64,000 nt of DNA, from positions 3,657-67,656 of the forward strand of contig SVLY01000002.1 of assembly GCA_015067715.1 (NCBI GenBank), given 5' to 3'. Below the pieces are notes generated by a model. That model ran no database searches. It was not told where the DNA came from and saw nothing but the letters and a program-made list of their open reading frames with translations. Shown one piece after another: positions 25,798 to 34,117 of the stretch. Each line of letters opens with the position of its first letter. Position 1 is the stretch's first letter. The position numbers were made by a program, and so were the translations under genes. The stretch comes from Oscillospiraceae bacterium (lineage in GTDB: Bacteria; Bacillota; Clostridia; Oscillospirales; QAMX01).

Positions 25798-26516
25798 GTC
25801 AGTTCTCCTTTGGAAATTTCGGGGGCAATGTAGCCGGTATAGGCTTTGCCGTATTTGGAAAACGGGGTCTTATAGAGCTTCTCCCGGGACAAAAGCCGTG
25901 CCATCCAAAGGGGCATTCCTCCGGAGCATTTCAGCTCCATAAGCCACAGCCCGTCTTCAAGCACGGGATGCCCCCCGGGTTCGGAATCGAGGGTGAGACC
26001 GTCGGGGCGAAAGGCAATATCCCTGTCGAAGGTGACGCGAAAACCGGGATCCTCGGCGGAAAAGAAAGCCTCCCGCCGGTAAGAGAGAAATACTTTGGGC
26101 TCAAGGTGTCCGTAAAAGCTGAGAAAGCTGTCTATCTCCCGGGATATCTGGGTGTTTTGGGGGCAGGGGACGTCTCCGTTGAGCCAGCGCATTGCCATCT
26201 CCTGGGGAAGACCGATCCGCCTTTTGAATACCGTGCCCTTGTATTTCTTTTTCAGCTCAACGAAGACCGGGGAGTCCGCATCTGCCCTGGAATAGGCGCG
26301 CAGGCGGAGCTTTTCCTTGTAGATGGGCTTTTCAACAGACCTGCGGATAAGCCGGAAGGAGTCGGTGTCGTAATAGAGGTTTCTTATAACCGTCACTCCG
26401 TGCTCGTCCGGGCGCATACGGGATGAGAGCTCCCGGGTGATAAGGTGTTTGGCTTCGTCTGTGAGGATATATTTGAGCTCTTTTCGCTTGAAAACAAACT
26501 GGTTTGCCGTGGTCAC
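25794..26516 (-). CDS. VTC (polyphosphate polymerase-like, CYTH/triphosphate-tunnel) domain protein
   Basis: FKRKELKYILT...RNLYYDT...YKEKLRLRAY...VELKKKYKGTVFKRR...WLMELK is the alternating charged beta-strand pattern of the VTC/CYTH tunnel fold. Confidence 0.75.
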   Translation of the reverse strand: MTTANQFVFKRKELKYILTDEAKHLITRELSSRMRPDEHGVTVIRNLYYDTDSFRLIRRSVEKPIYKEKLRLRAYSRADADSPVFVELKKKYKGTVFKRRIGLPQEMAMRWLNGDVPCPQNTQISREIDSFLSFYGHLEPKVFLSYRREAFFSAEDPGFRVTFDRDIAFRPDGLTLDSEPGGHPVLEDGLWLMELKCSGGMPLWMARLLSREKLYKTPFSKYGKAYTGYIAPEISKGELT

Positions 26517-26678
26517 ACCTTCTTTCGCTGTGGATTATACAGCCCTTAGCTTAAACGTAGCAAAAAGAAGACCCGGAGTTTTTTGGTGGCTTTAAGGTTG
26601 GAGGAGTAAAATATAGACGCGAACGGAAAAAATATGATATAATAAGTAAAAATGCGGTGAAAGGACGGTGAGAGAACC

Positions 26679-27350
26679 GTGCGCGTGCTTTTGGCAGAGG
26701 ACGAAAAAAGCCTTGCAAGGGCGCTGGTGAAGATTTTTGCGGCCAATAATTTTTCTGCGGACGCGGTATACGACGGGCGGGATGCCCTTGACTATATCGA
26801 ATCCGGAAGCTACGATGCCGCCGTGCTTGACGTTATGATGCCGGGAATGGACGGCTTTGAGGTCCTGCGTGAGCTTCGGAGAAGGGGAAATACCGTCCCG
26901 GTTCTCATGCTCACCGCCAGATCCGAGGTGGAGGATAAGGTCAACGGGCTTGACCTTGGGGCAAATTACTACCTCACAAAGCCCTTTGACGCCCGGGAGC
27001 TTGTTGCCGCTCTTCGTGCCATAACCCGGAAAGGCGGAGAAACGGATTCCACCCTGCGCCTTGGAAATACCCTGCTTGACAGATCAACCTACGAGCTTTC
27101 CGCCCCGGGGGGTAGCTTTCGCCTTGCAAACCGGGAATTTCAGATGATGGAGATGTTCATGAGCGCCCCGAAAAAGATTATTTCCGGCGAGCGGTTCATG
27201 GAGGTCATATGGGGCTTTGACAGCGACGCTGAGATGAGCGTGGTCTGGGCGTATATTTCCTATCTCCGGAAAAAGCTTTCCGCTTTGGGTTCCGATTTGA
27301 GCATAAAGGTCCACAGAAACGCGGGCTATTCTCTGGAGGAGCAGAAATGA
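26679..27350 (+). CDS. OmpR-family response regulator
   Basis: MRVLLAEDEKSL with receiver Asp in LDVMMPGMDG. C-terminal winged helix (YISYLRKKL...VHRNAGYSL). Confidence 0.9.
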   Translation: MRVLLAEDEKSLARALVKIFAANNFSADAVYDGRDALDYIESGSYDAAVLDVMMPGMDGFEVLRELRRRGNTVPVLMLTARSEVEDKVNGLDLGANYYLTKPFDARELVAALRAITRKGGETDSTLRLGNTLLDRSTYELSAPGGSFRLANREFQMMEMFMSAPKKIISGERFMEVIWGFDSDAEMSVVWAYISYLRKKLSALGSDLSIKVHRNAGYSLEEQK

Positions 27351-28573
27351 TAGACAGGCTGAAAAGACGTTTTTCTGTTCTTGCCGTTGGGGCGCTGACG
27401 GCGGCGGTGGCTCTGATGGTGCTGGGCATGAACCTTATAAGCTTTGGAGCGCTGGTGCGGGAGGCGGACGGAACGCTGGCGTTTATGTCGGAAAACCGGG
27501 GGCGTTTTCCCGAGCCGGACAGGGGTGCTCCGGGCAAGCTTCCCCCGGGAATGTCCCCGGAGGTGCCCTATGAGTCAAGGTATTTTTCCGTGACCGTCTC
27601 TCCGGACGGGGGAATAATGCAGCCCGAGACCAGCAAGATCGTCGCTGTGGACAGGGATACTGCCCTTGAATACGGAAAAAAAGCCCTTGACCGCCGGACG
27701 GAAAAGGGCTTCGTCGGTAAATTCAGATACCTGAAATATGCCGAGGGGGATAATACAAAGATACTGTTTCTGGATTGCAGAAGGTCGTTTGATGCCTTTA
27801 CCTCGTTTTTCTGTTCGGGGCTGGCCGTTTCCGCAGTTGGACTTGGGGTGCTGTACGTTGTAGTGCTGTTCTTTATCCGGCGCATACTTCGCCCTGTTGA
27901 GGAGAGCTACGAAAAACAGAAGAGGTTCATAACCGACGCCGGACACGAGATAAAAACTCCGCTTACGGTAATAAACGCAAACGCCGCACTGCTGGAGCTT
28001 GAGCTGGGTGAAAACGAATGCGTAAGCGATATTTGCACGCAGACAAAACGGCTGACCGCACTTACAAACGACCTTGTTGAGCTTTCCAGAATGGATGAGG
28101 GCGATGCCTCCCGGGAGATGAGCCTGCTTCCTCTCTCCGAGCTGACATCAGAGGCCGCAGAGCGATTCCGTGGGCCGGCAAAGGCCGCTCAAAGACAGCT
28201 TTTTGTAAGCGTGGAGGAGGGTATCTCCCTTCGGGGAAACGGAAAGAGCCTGATGCGGATGTTTGATATTCTCCTTGAAAACGCGCTGAAATATTCGCCG
28301 GAGAAGGGGAGCATCAGCCTTTCACTTGAAAAACGCGGCCGGACGGCGGAGCTGAGGGTCGAAAACGACACCGCACGCCCCGTTCCCGAAGAGTCGCTTT
28401 CCCGGGTGTTCGACAGGTTTTATCGGGCAGACGCCTCGCGAAATTCCGAAACCGGAGGCTTTGGCATCGGGCTTTCCGTTGCAAAAAGCGTTGCCGATGC
28501 CCACGGGGCAAAAATATTTGCTTTCTCTGATGGGGATCACCGCTTTGGGATCTCCGTTCGCTTCCAGATATGA
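27347..28573 (+). CDS. sensor histidine kinase
   Basis: Overlaps the response-regulator stop. Two TM helices flank a ~140-aa extracytoplasmic domain. H-box DAGHEIKTPLT. N and G boxes (LENALKYS, GGFGIGLSV). Confidence 0.9.
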   Translation: MIDRLKRRFSVLAVGALTAAVALMVLGMNLISFGALVREADGTLAFMSENRGRFPEPDRGAPGKLPPGMSPEVPYESRYFSVTVSPDGGIMQPETSKIVAVDRDTALEYGKKALDRRTEKGFVGKFRYLKYAEGDNTKILFLDCRRSFDAFTSFFCSGLAVSAVGLGVLYVVVLFFIRRILRPVEESYEKQKRFITDAGHEIKTPLTVINANAALLELELGENECVSDICTQTKRLTALTNDLVELSRMDEGDASREMSLLPLSELTSEAAERFRGPAKAAQRQLFVSVEEGISLRGNGKSLMRMFDILLENALKYSPEKGSISLSLEKRGRTAELRVENDTARPVPEESLSRVFDRFYRADASRNSETGGFGIGLSVAKSVADAHGAKIFAFSDGDHRFGISVRFQI

Positions 28574-28628
28574 GCAAAAAACGAGCCGCAGATTTAGCGT
28601 GATACTCTTTTCGGAGTATCACGCAACT

Positions 28629-28779
28629 CTATTCGCCTGACGGCGAGTTATATTGTGCCTTCGGCACAGTTATATTATGCTACGCATAGTGATATTGTCC
28701 TGCGGACAGTTTATGGCGAATAGAATATCACTATTCACGCTGACGCGTACGAGCATATCACTTAACAGACAAAAAGAAA
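28629..28779. repeat. second copy of the mini-hairpin array, opposite orientation to 20160..20326
   Basis: CTATTCGCCtgacGGCGAG TTATATT GTGCCttcGGCAC AG TTATATT ATGCtacGCAT AG TGATATT GTCCtgcGGAC ... GGCGAATAGAATATCACT ... ACAGACAAAAAGAA. The same ends and spacers appear in the reverse complement of the 20.2-kb array, with different hairpin stems. Confidence 0.85.
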
Positions 28780-28817
28780 GAGAAGACTCGTTATGATACG
28801 AATCTTCTCTTTCTGTC
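28766..28817 (-). terminator. rho-independent terminator for the 29435..28938 gene
   Basis: AGAAAGAGAAGACT (28775..28788) pairs with AATCTTCTCTTTCT (28801..28814). In the minus sense the stem is followed by UUUUGUCUGUU. Confidence 0.6.
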
Positions 28818-28937
28818 GTTATAAGGGTTTGGGCAACTGCCCATATTTGCGTTTGACTGGTCAAATGCGATGCTTGCACTTTGCTCAAAGCATAAATTCT
28901 CCGATAAGGACATCACCCATTACTCTGCGGCGTTTTT

Positions 28938-29435
28938 TTAGTACCGTTTTGCGGAGCGGACTCTTTCGGCGACGGATTTTTTGCGTTCCCGGGCTTCGGC
29001 GGAGAGCTTTTTGAAGAGCTGGAGTGTGTCCCGAACGGAGAGCCAGCCGGGAATTATCATATAAGCCCCGATGAGGATATAGGTCACGGTCTCGCCGGCT
29101 ATTGCGCCGAAGGAGCCGGGCTCGAAGGTGACAAGCACAACGCACATCACCAGTGCTGCCAGCAGCACCGCCGCGCCTCCAACGAAGCTCCACACGGTTT
29201 GGCGGCGGAAAAATTTGGTCTGAAAGCTTGAGAAGAACAAAAACGCAAGGCAGACAAAGTCCAGCGCGACCGAGCCTATGGCAAGTCGGGAGACGGTTGA
29301 TGCGGACAGGTCAACCGGAAGCAAAAAGAGCACCAGCGCACAAACCGCGCCAACCAGACAAAGCGCCCGGATGCAGAGGGCAACAACGCTGGACCAGGCC
29401 AAAAATTTATATCCCGGAGTTTCGTATTTGAACAT
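28938..29435 (-). CDS. hypothetical membrane protein
   Basis: 165-aa ORF with four hydrophobic helices and a basic C-terminal tail. No family recognised. Confidence 0.6.
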   Translation of the reverse strand: MFKYETPGYKFLAWSSVVALCIRALCLVGAVCALVLFLLPVDLSASTVSRLAIGSVALDFVCLAFLFFSSFQTKFFRRQTVWSFVGGAAVLLAALVMCVVLVTFEPGSFGAIAGETVTYILIGAYMIIPGWLSVRDTLQLFKKLSAEARERKKSVAERVRSAKRY

Positions 29436-29605
29436 TTTTTACTTGACCTTTCAAAGGAAGATTTTGAATATATTATACCAAGGACAAGTTGGTTAATCAA
29501 GTCTTTTTTGTGACAGAGCCACATGAAAAAAACTTTTTTTCGGTACTTGTATTTTTATTCGTCATCTGTTATAATCACTCTGTAAGGCAAGGGAGGTTTG
29601 CAATT

Positions 29606-29935
29606 ATGGGTCTTTTCAAAAGACGGGCTCCCTCGAAGGAGGGCGTTCATACGGACAAGGGCCTTGCTCATCTTTGCAACAGGTCTGTTAAATACGTCAC
29701 AGTCCGAAAGCTGGGCGAAAACGGGGAGACCGTTATCGGCCGAAGCGGCTATATCAACTGTGTTGACGGAAGAATTATTATCTGTTGCGGAAGCGTTGTT
29801 CCCTTTGACCGCCCTTTGGAAGAGCTTGTTGTCGGCGAGCTTATGAGCCACAACGGAGCGACCTTTACCTTTGTTGACCGGGCGGACGGACGGAAAAAGA
29901 CCGTCACCGCCTATTATACCAGCTTTGTGAAATAA
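29606..29935 (+). CDS. small hypothetical protein
   Basis: GGGAGG then ATG at 29606 (MGLFKRRAPSKEG...), downstream of TTGTAT...TATAAT. 109 aa, no family recognised. Confidence 0.5.
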   Translation: MGLFKRRAPSKEGVHTDKGLAHLCNRSVKYVTVRKLGENGETVIGRSGYINCVDGRIIICCGSVVPFDRPLEELVVGELMSHNGATFTFVDRADGRKKTVTAYYTSFVK

Positions 29936-29965
29936 AAAGCTTATTTAGTAAACGGAGGCGAAAAA

Positions 29966-31060
29966 ATGGAAAAGAAGCTTAGAGTCGGCATTATCGGCAC
30001 CGGCGGAATTGCCCGTGCACATGCCCAGAAGTACATGATGATGGAGGATGTCGAGCTTGTTGCCGGTGCGGACATCGTTCCCGGCAAGGCGAGAGATTTT
30101 CTTGACGCCCGTGATCTGACCAAGGCAGAGGCCTTTGAGAGCGCACAGGAAATGCTGGAAAAGATGGAGCTTGACGCTGTCAGCGTCTGCACCTACAACC
30201 AGACCCACGCCGAGTGTACCGTTGCCGCTCTTGAGGCAGGTCTTCCCGTTTTGCTTGAAAAGCCCATGTGCGTCACCATGGAACAGGCAGGGGAGATCCT
30301 CCGTGCCGAGAAAAAGTCCGGAAAATTTGTTTCCGTCGGCTTCCAGCCCAGATATGACCCCAACTCCAAGAAGATCAAAGAGATCGTCCAGTCCGGCGAC
30401 CTCGGCAAAATATACTACGTCCAGACCGGCGGCGGCCGTCGCCGCGGCATTCCGGGAGGCACCTTTATCCGTAAGGAAACTGCCGGTGTGGGCGCTCTGG
30501 CAGATATCGGCTGCTACGGCCTCGATATGCCTCTGAACGCCCTGGGCTATCCCAAGCCCCTCACGGTCTCTGCCACCGCTTTTGACCACTTTGGCAAGAG
30601 CCCCGAAAACTCTCCCCAGTTCTGCAAGGATTTCTCCGTCGACGACTTCTCCGTGGCTCTTGTCCGCCTTGAGGGCGGCATCACCCTGGACTTCAGAATG
30701 TCCTGGGCAATGCACATGGACACCACCGGCGCGACCTTCTTCCTGGGCGACAAGGCCGGATTTAAGGTCATGCCTGCCGGCAAGGGTCAGCTCTGGGGCG
30801 GCGCATGGGACGGCACCGTTGGTTCCATGACCCTCTACCACGACAGCTACGGTATCCCCACCGAGACTCCCATTCCCTACATCACCCACAAGGTGGACGT
30901 TTTCTACGAAAAGGTCCGCGCCTTTGTTGAAGCTGTTAAGAACGGCGGCAGCGCCCCCATTCCCACCAGCGAGATCATCTACAACCAGGCCATCATCAGC
31001 GGCATTCTCGAATCCTCCCGTCTCGGTCACGAGGTCGAGGTCGTCCTGCCCGAGGTTTGA
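29966..31060 (+). CDS. Gfo/Idh/MocA family oxidoreductase
   Basis: MEKKLRVGIIGTGGIARAH Rossmann N-terminus and LLEKPM motif. Confidence 0.85.
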   Translation: MEKKLRVGIIGTGGIARAHAQKYMMMEDVELVAGADIVPGKARDFLDARDLTKAEAFESAQEMLEKMELDAVSVCTYNQTHAECTVAALEAGLPVLLEKPMCVTMEQAGEILRAEKKSGKFVSVGFQPRYDPNSKKIKEIVQSGDLGKIYYVQTGGGRRRGIPGGTFIRKETAGVGALADIGCYGLDMPLNALGYPKPLTVSATAFDHFGKSPENSPQFCKDFSVDDFSVALVRLEGGITLDFRMSWAMHMDTTGATFFLGDKAGFKVMPAGKGQLWGGAWDGTVGSMTLYHDSYGIPTETPIPYITHKVDVFYEKVRAFVEAVKNGGSAPIPTSEIIYNQAIISGILESSRLGHEVEVVLPEV

Positions 31061-31102
31061 GCCAAACAGAATTATCTGAACGTATAAAGGAGATTTTTAA
31101 CC

Positions 31103-32107
31103 ATGCTTAATATTGCAGTATGCAGCCGTTGGCATCCCCATGCAACCGGCTACGGCAGAGATTTTGCCGCACATCCCGAATGCAACGTCACCGTTATCTG
31201 GGACGAGGATCCTGTTCGCGGCGCCGAGTGGGCTAAAGAGCTCGGCTGTGACTTTGAGCCCGACTTTGACAAGGTTCTTGCCAGAGCCGACGTGGACGCT
31301 ATCTGCTCCACCGCTCCCACCAGCATGCACAAGGAGCTTTACGTAAAGGCCGCCGCCGCAGGCAAGCACATCTTCACCGAAAAGGTTCTTTCCGCCACCA
31401 AGGCCGAGGCCCTTGCCGTTAAAGAAGCAGTTGAGAAGTACGGCGTTAAGTTCGTCATCTCCTACCCCTTCCGCACCAGCGCCTCTATCATCTACGCCAA
31501 GAAGCTTATCGAGGACGGCACTCTTGGCAAGGTGAACTACGTTCGCGTTCGCAACTGCCACAACGGCATTTCCGACAACTGGCTTCCCGCCGACTTCACC
31601 AACCCCGAGACCACCGGCGGCGGCGCTATGATGGACCTTGGCGCCCACCCCATGTACATTCTCTCCTACCTGCTGGGCAAGCCCGAAAACGTCGTCTCCT
31701 GCTACAACAAGCTCTATAACACCCCTGTTGACGACAACTGCGTTTCCGTTATCGAGTTCGAGAACAAGGTCATCGCCGTCTCTGAGACCGGCTTTGTCAC
31801 CTGCGCCGATCCCTTCAGCCTCGAAGTTCACGGCACCGAGGGTTCCTTCTGCACCGGCGGCGCAGCCGGCGGTACCTGGCTCTACACCAGAAAGACCGAG
31901 GGCATGGGCGAAAAGGCCTGGATCAGACCCAACGTTCCCAAGCCCACCGTTCCCTCTGCCATCAACCAGTTTGTCGGCGCTTGCCTCCGCGACGAAGAGA
32001 TCGTCTTTGGTATCGACGACGCCATTAAGCTCTCCGAGCTTATGGAAGGCGCCTACAAGGCATGGAAAGAAGGCCGCAAGGTCGAGTTTTCCGAGCTTGA
32101 CGCTTAA
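31103..32107 (+). CDS. Gfo/Idh/MocA family oxidoreductase
   Basis: 334 aa with an FTEKV motif and the family's C-terminal alpha/beta domain. The N-terminal dinucleotide motif is degenerate. Confidence 0.75.
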   Translation: MLNIAVCSRWHPHATGYGRDFAAHPECNVTVIWDEDPVRGAEWAKELGCDFEPDFDKVLARADVDAICSTAPTSMHKELYVKAAAAGKHIFTEKVLSATKAEALAVKEAVEKYGVKFVISYPFRTSASIIYAKKLIEDGTLGKVNYVRVRNCHNGISDNWLPADFTNPETTGGGAMMDLGAHPMYILSYLLGKPENVVSCYNKLYNTPVDDNCVSVIEFENKVIAVSETGFVTCADPFSLEVHGTEGSFCTGGAAGGTWLYTRKTEGMGEKAWIRPNVPKPTVPSAINQFVGACLRDEEIVFGIDDAIKLSELMEGAYKAWKEGRKVEFSELDA

Positions 32108-32190
32108 GTTAAAAGTTTTTTGGAACAAAAAATATTCCCCCGGGTCTCCGGGGGGATATTTTGACTTTTACAGCAAAGGCAGAATCTGAT

Positions 32191-33264
32191 ATGAAAAAGC
32201 TTAACGTTGCCATAATCGGCCAGGGCAGAAGCGGTCTGCTCATCCACGGAGAGTTTTTCCTCAGCCCGGCCAACGAAAAGTTCAACGTGAAATACGTTGT
32301 GGACTACGATGAATTCCGCCGGGAAAAGGCAGAGCGGCTTTTCCCCGGGTGCGAGACCTTTGATTGCTACACAAAGCTTTTCGGCAAAACGGATATCGAC
32401 CTTGTGGTCAACGCTTCGTTTTCCGAAATGCACTATCCCATCACCCTTGATCTTTTGAACCACGGCTTCAACGTGCTGGTGGAAAAGCCCATGGGCGCAA
32501 CGGAGGAGCAGTGTTTGCGGCTTATCAAAACCGCAAAGGAAAAGGAGCTCACCCTTGCGGTCTTCCAGCAGACCTTCTTTGCCCCCTATTACGTCCACGC
32601 CAAAAAGGTTGCGGACAGCGGCCTGCTTGGGGATATCCAGCAGATAAGCGTGCGGTTCAACGGCTTTTCCCGGAGATGGGACTGGCAGACTCTTCAGAAA
32701 AAGTGCGCCGGAGGTCTTTACAACACCGGCCCCCACCCCGTGGGCATTGCTCTCGGACTTCTGGACTTTGACCCGGAGGCGCGGCTTGTGTTCAGCAGGC
32801 TTGGCCGGGCGCTGACAAGCGGCGACGCGGACGATTACGCAAAGCTGATAATCTCCGCCCCGGGAAAGCCCGTTGCGGACGTTGAGGTGAGCTCCTGCGA
32901 CGCTTTCTCTCCCTACAACATCAAGATAACCGGCTCAAAGGGCTGTCTTAAATCCACCACCACCCATTGCGACCTGGTCTGGCTTGAGGATGGCGAAAAT
33001 CCCCCCAGACCCGCAACGGAGATACCCCTGAGAAACGAAGCGGGCGAGCCCATATACTGCTCGGAAAATCTTATCCGCCACACCGAAAGCATAGATTTCA
33101 CCGGTACGGCCTTTGACACCGGCTCGAAATGTATGTACGACCAGATTTACGACAAAATCACCTCCGGCAAGCCCATGACGGTCACGCCGGAGATGGCCGC
33201 AAGGGTCGTGGGCGTTATTGCCGCGGCTCACGCTCAGAACCCCTTGAGCGTTGAATTCCTGTGA
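32191..33264 (+). CDS. Gfo/Idh/MocA family oxidoreductase
   Basis: ORF 32161..33264 trimmed to MKKLNVAIIGQGRSG. LVEKPM motif. Confidence 0.8.
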   Translation: MKKLNVAIIGQGRSGLLIHGEFFLSPANEKFNVKYVVDYDEFRREKAERLFPGCETFDCYTKLFGKTDIDLVVNASFSEMHYPITLDLLNHGFNVLVEKPMGATEEQCLRLIKTAKEKELTLAVFQQTFFAPYYVHAKKVADSGLLGDIQQISVRFNGFSRRWDWQTLQKKCAGGLYNTGPHPVGIALGLLDFDPEARLVFSRLGRALTSGDADDYAKLIISAPGKPVADVEVSSCDAFSPYNIKITGSKGCLKSTTTHCDLVWLEDGENPPRPATEIPLRNEAGEPIYCSENLIRHTESIDFTGTAFDTGSKCMYDQIYDKITSGKPMTVTPEMAARVVGVIAAAHAQNPLSVEFL

Positions 33265-33292
33265 CCCCACCTCTTTTGAAAGGATATTTCAG

Positions 33293-34048
33293 ATGAAGTC
33301 ATACACCGTAGATAAGCTCAGCGTTAATATTTATTCCGACCGCCCCGAAATGGGCGCGGCCGCCGCGGCGGATATTGCCGCAAAGATCAGGGAGCTTCTT
33401 GCCCACCGGGACGAGATCAACATGATCTTTGCCGCCGCACCCTCTCAGAACGAGGTTCTGGCCTCCCTCGTGGCAGATGAGAGCATTGAGTGGGGGAGGA
33501 TAAACGCCTTCCACATGGACGAATACATCGGCCTTGCCGCCGATGCGCCCCAGAGATTCGGCAATTTCCTGGGAGAGCATATTTTTGACCTTGTGGGCTT
33601 TAAGTCCGTGAACTATATCAACAGCGAAAACTCCGTTGAGGCAGAGTGCGAAAGATATTCCGCCCTGTTAAAGGCCCATCCCATTTCCATCGTCGTTATG
33701 GGCATCGGCGAAAACGGACATATCGCCTTTAACGATCCTCCCGTTGCGGATTTTGGGGACAAGGCCCTTATCAAGCCCGTTAAGCTGGACGATATCTGCC
33801 GCAACCAGCAGGTGAACGACGGTTGCTTTGCCGAAATTCAGGACGTTCCGGAATATGCCCTCACCCTTACCGTACCCATGCTCATGTCCGGAGAGAGCCT
33901 GTTTTGCATCGTTCCCGCCAAAACCAAGGCCTGGGCCGTGAGAGAGACTCTCACAGGCTCCGTGGACGAGCATTGCCCGGCAACCGCACTTCGTACCCAC
34001 CCCGACGCAAAGCTCTACCTCGAGCCGGACAGCGCCTCGCTTTTGTAA
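33293..34048 (+). CDS. glucosamine-6-phosphate deaminase / 6-phosphogluconolactonase family protein
   Basis: ORF trimmed to MKSYTVDKLS. AAAPSQ, FHMDEYIGL and MGIGENGHIAFNDP motifs of the NagB/Pgl superfamily. Confidence 0.8.
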   Translation: MKSYTVDKLSVNIYSDRPEMGAAAAADIAAKIRELLAHRDEINMIFAAAPSQNEVLASLVADESIEWGRINAFHMDEYIGLAADAPQRFGNFLGEHIFDLVGFKSVNYINSENSVEAECERYSALLKAHPISIVVMGIGENGHIAFNDPPVADFGDKALIKPVKLDDICRNQQVNDGCFAEIQDVPEYALTLTVPMLMSGESLFCIVPAKTKAWAVRETLTGSVDEHCPATALRTHPDAKLYLEPDSASLL

Positions 34049-34056
34049 AGCAAACT

Positions 34057-34106
34057 AAAAAAACGCCCTTTCCCGGGATGTTGTACATGGGAAAGGGCGT
34101 TTTTGG
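34057..34106. terminator. bidirectional rho-independent terminator
   Basis: ACGCCCTTTCCC (34063..34074) pairs with GGGAAAGGGCGT (34089..34100), with an A-run before and a T-run after, between convergent operons. Confidence 0.8.
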
Positions 34107-34117
34107 TTTGACAGATC

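Noticed and set aside
29945-32128. 361-aa and 343-aa minus-strand ORFs (29945..31030 and 31097..32128).
   Set aside because: They are near-perfect mirror images of the two Gfo/Idh/MocA genes on the plus strand. The translations are Gly/Ala/Val/Asp-rich shadows.
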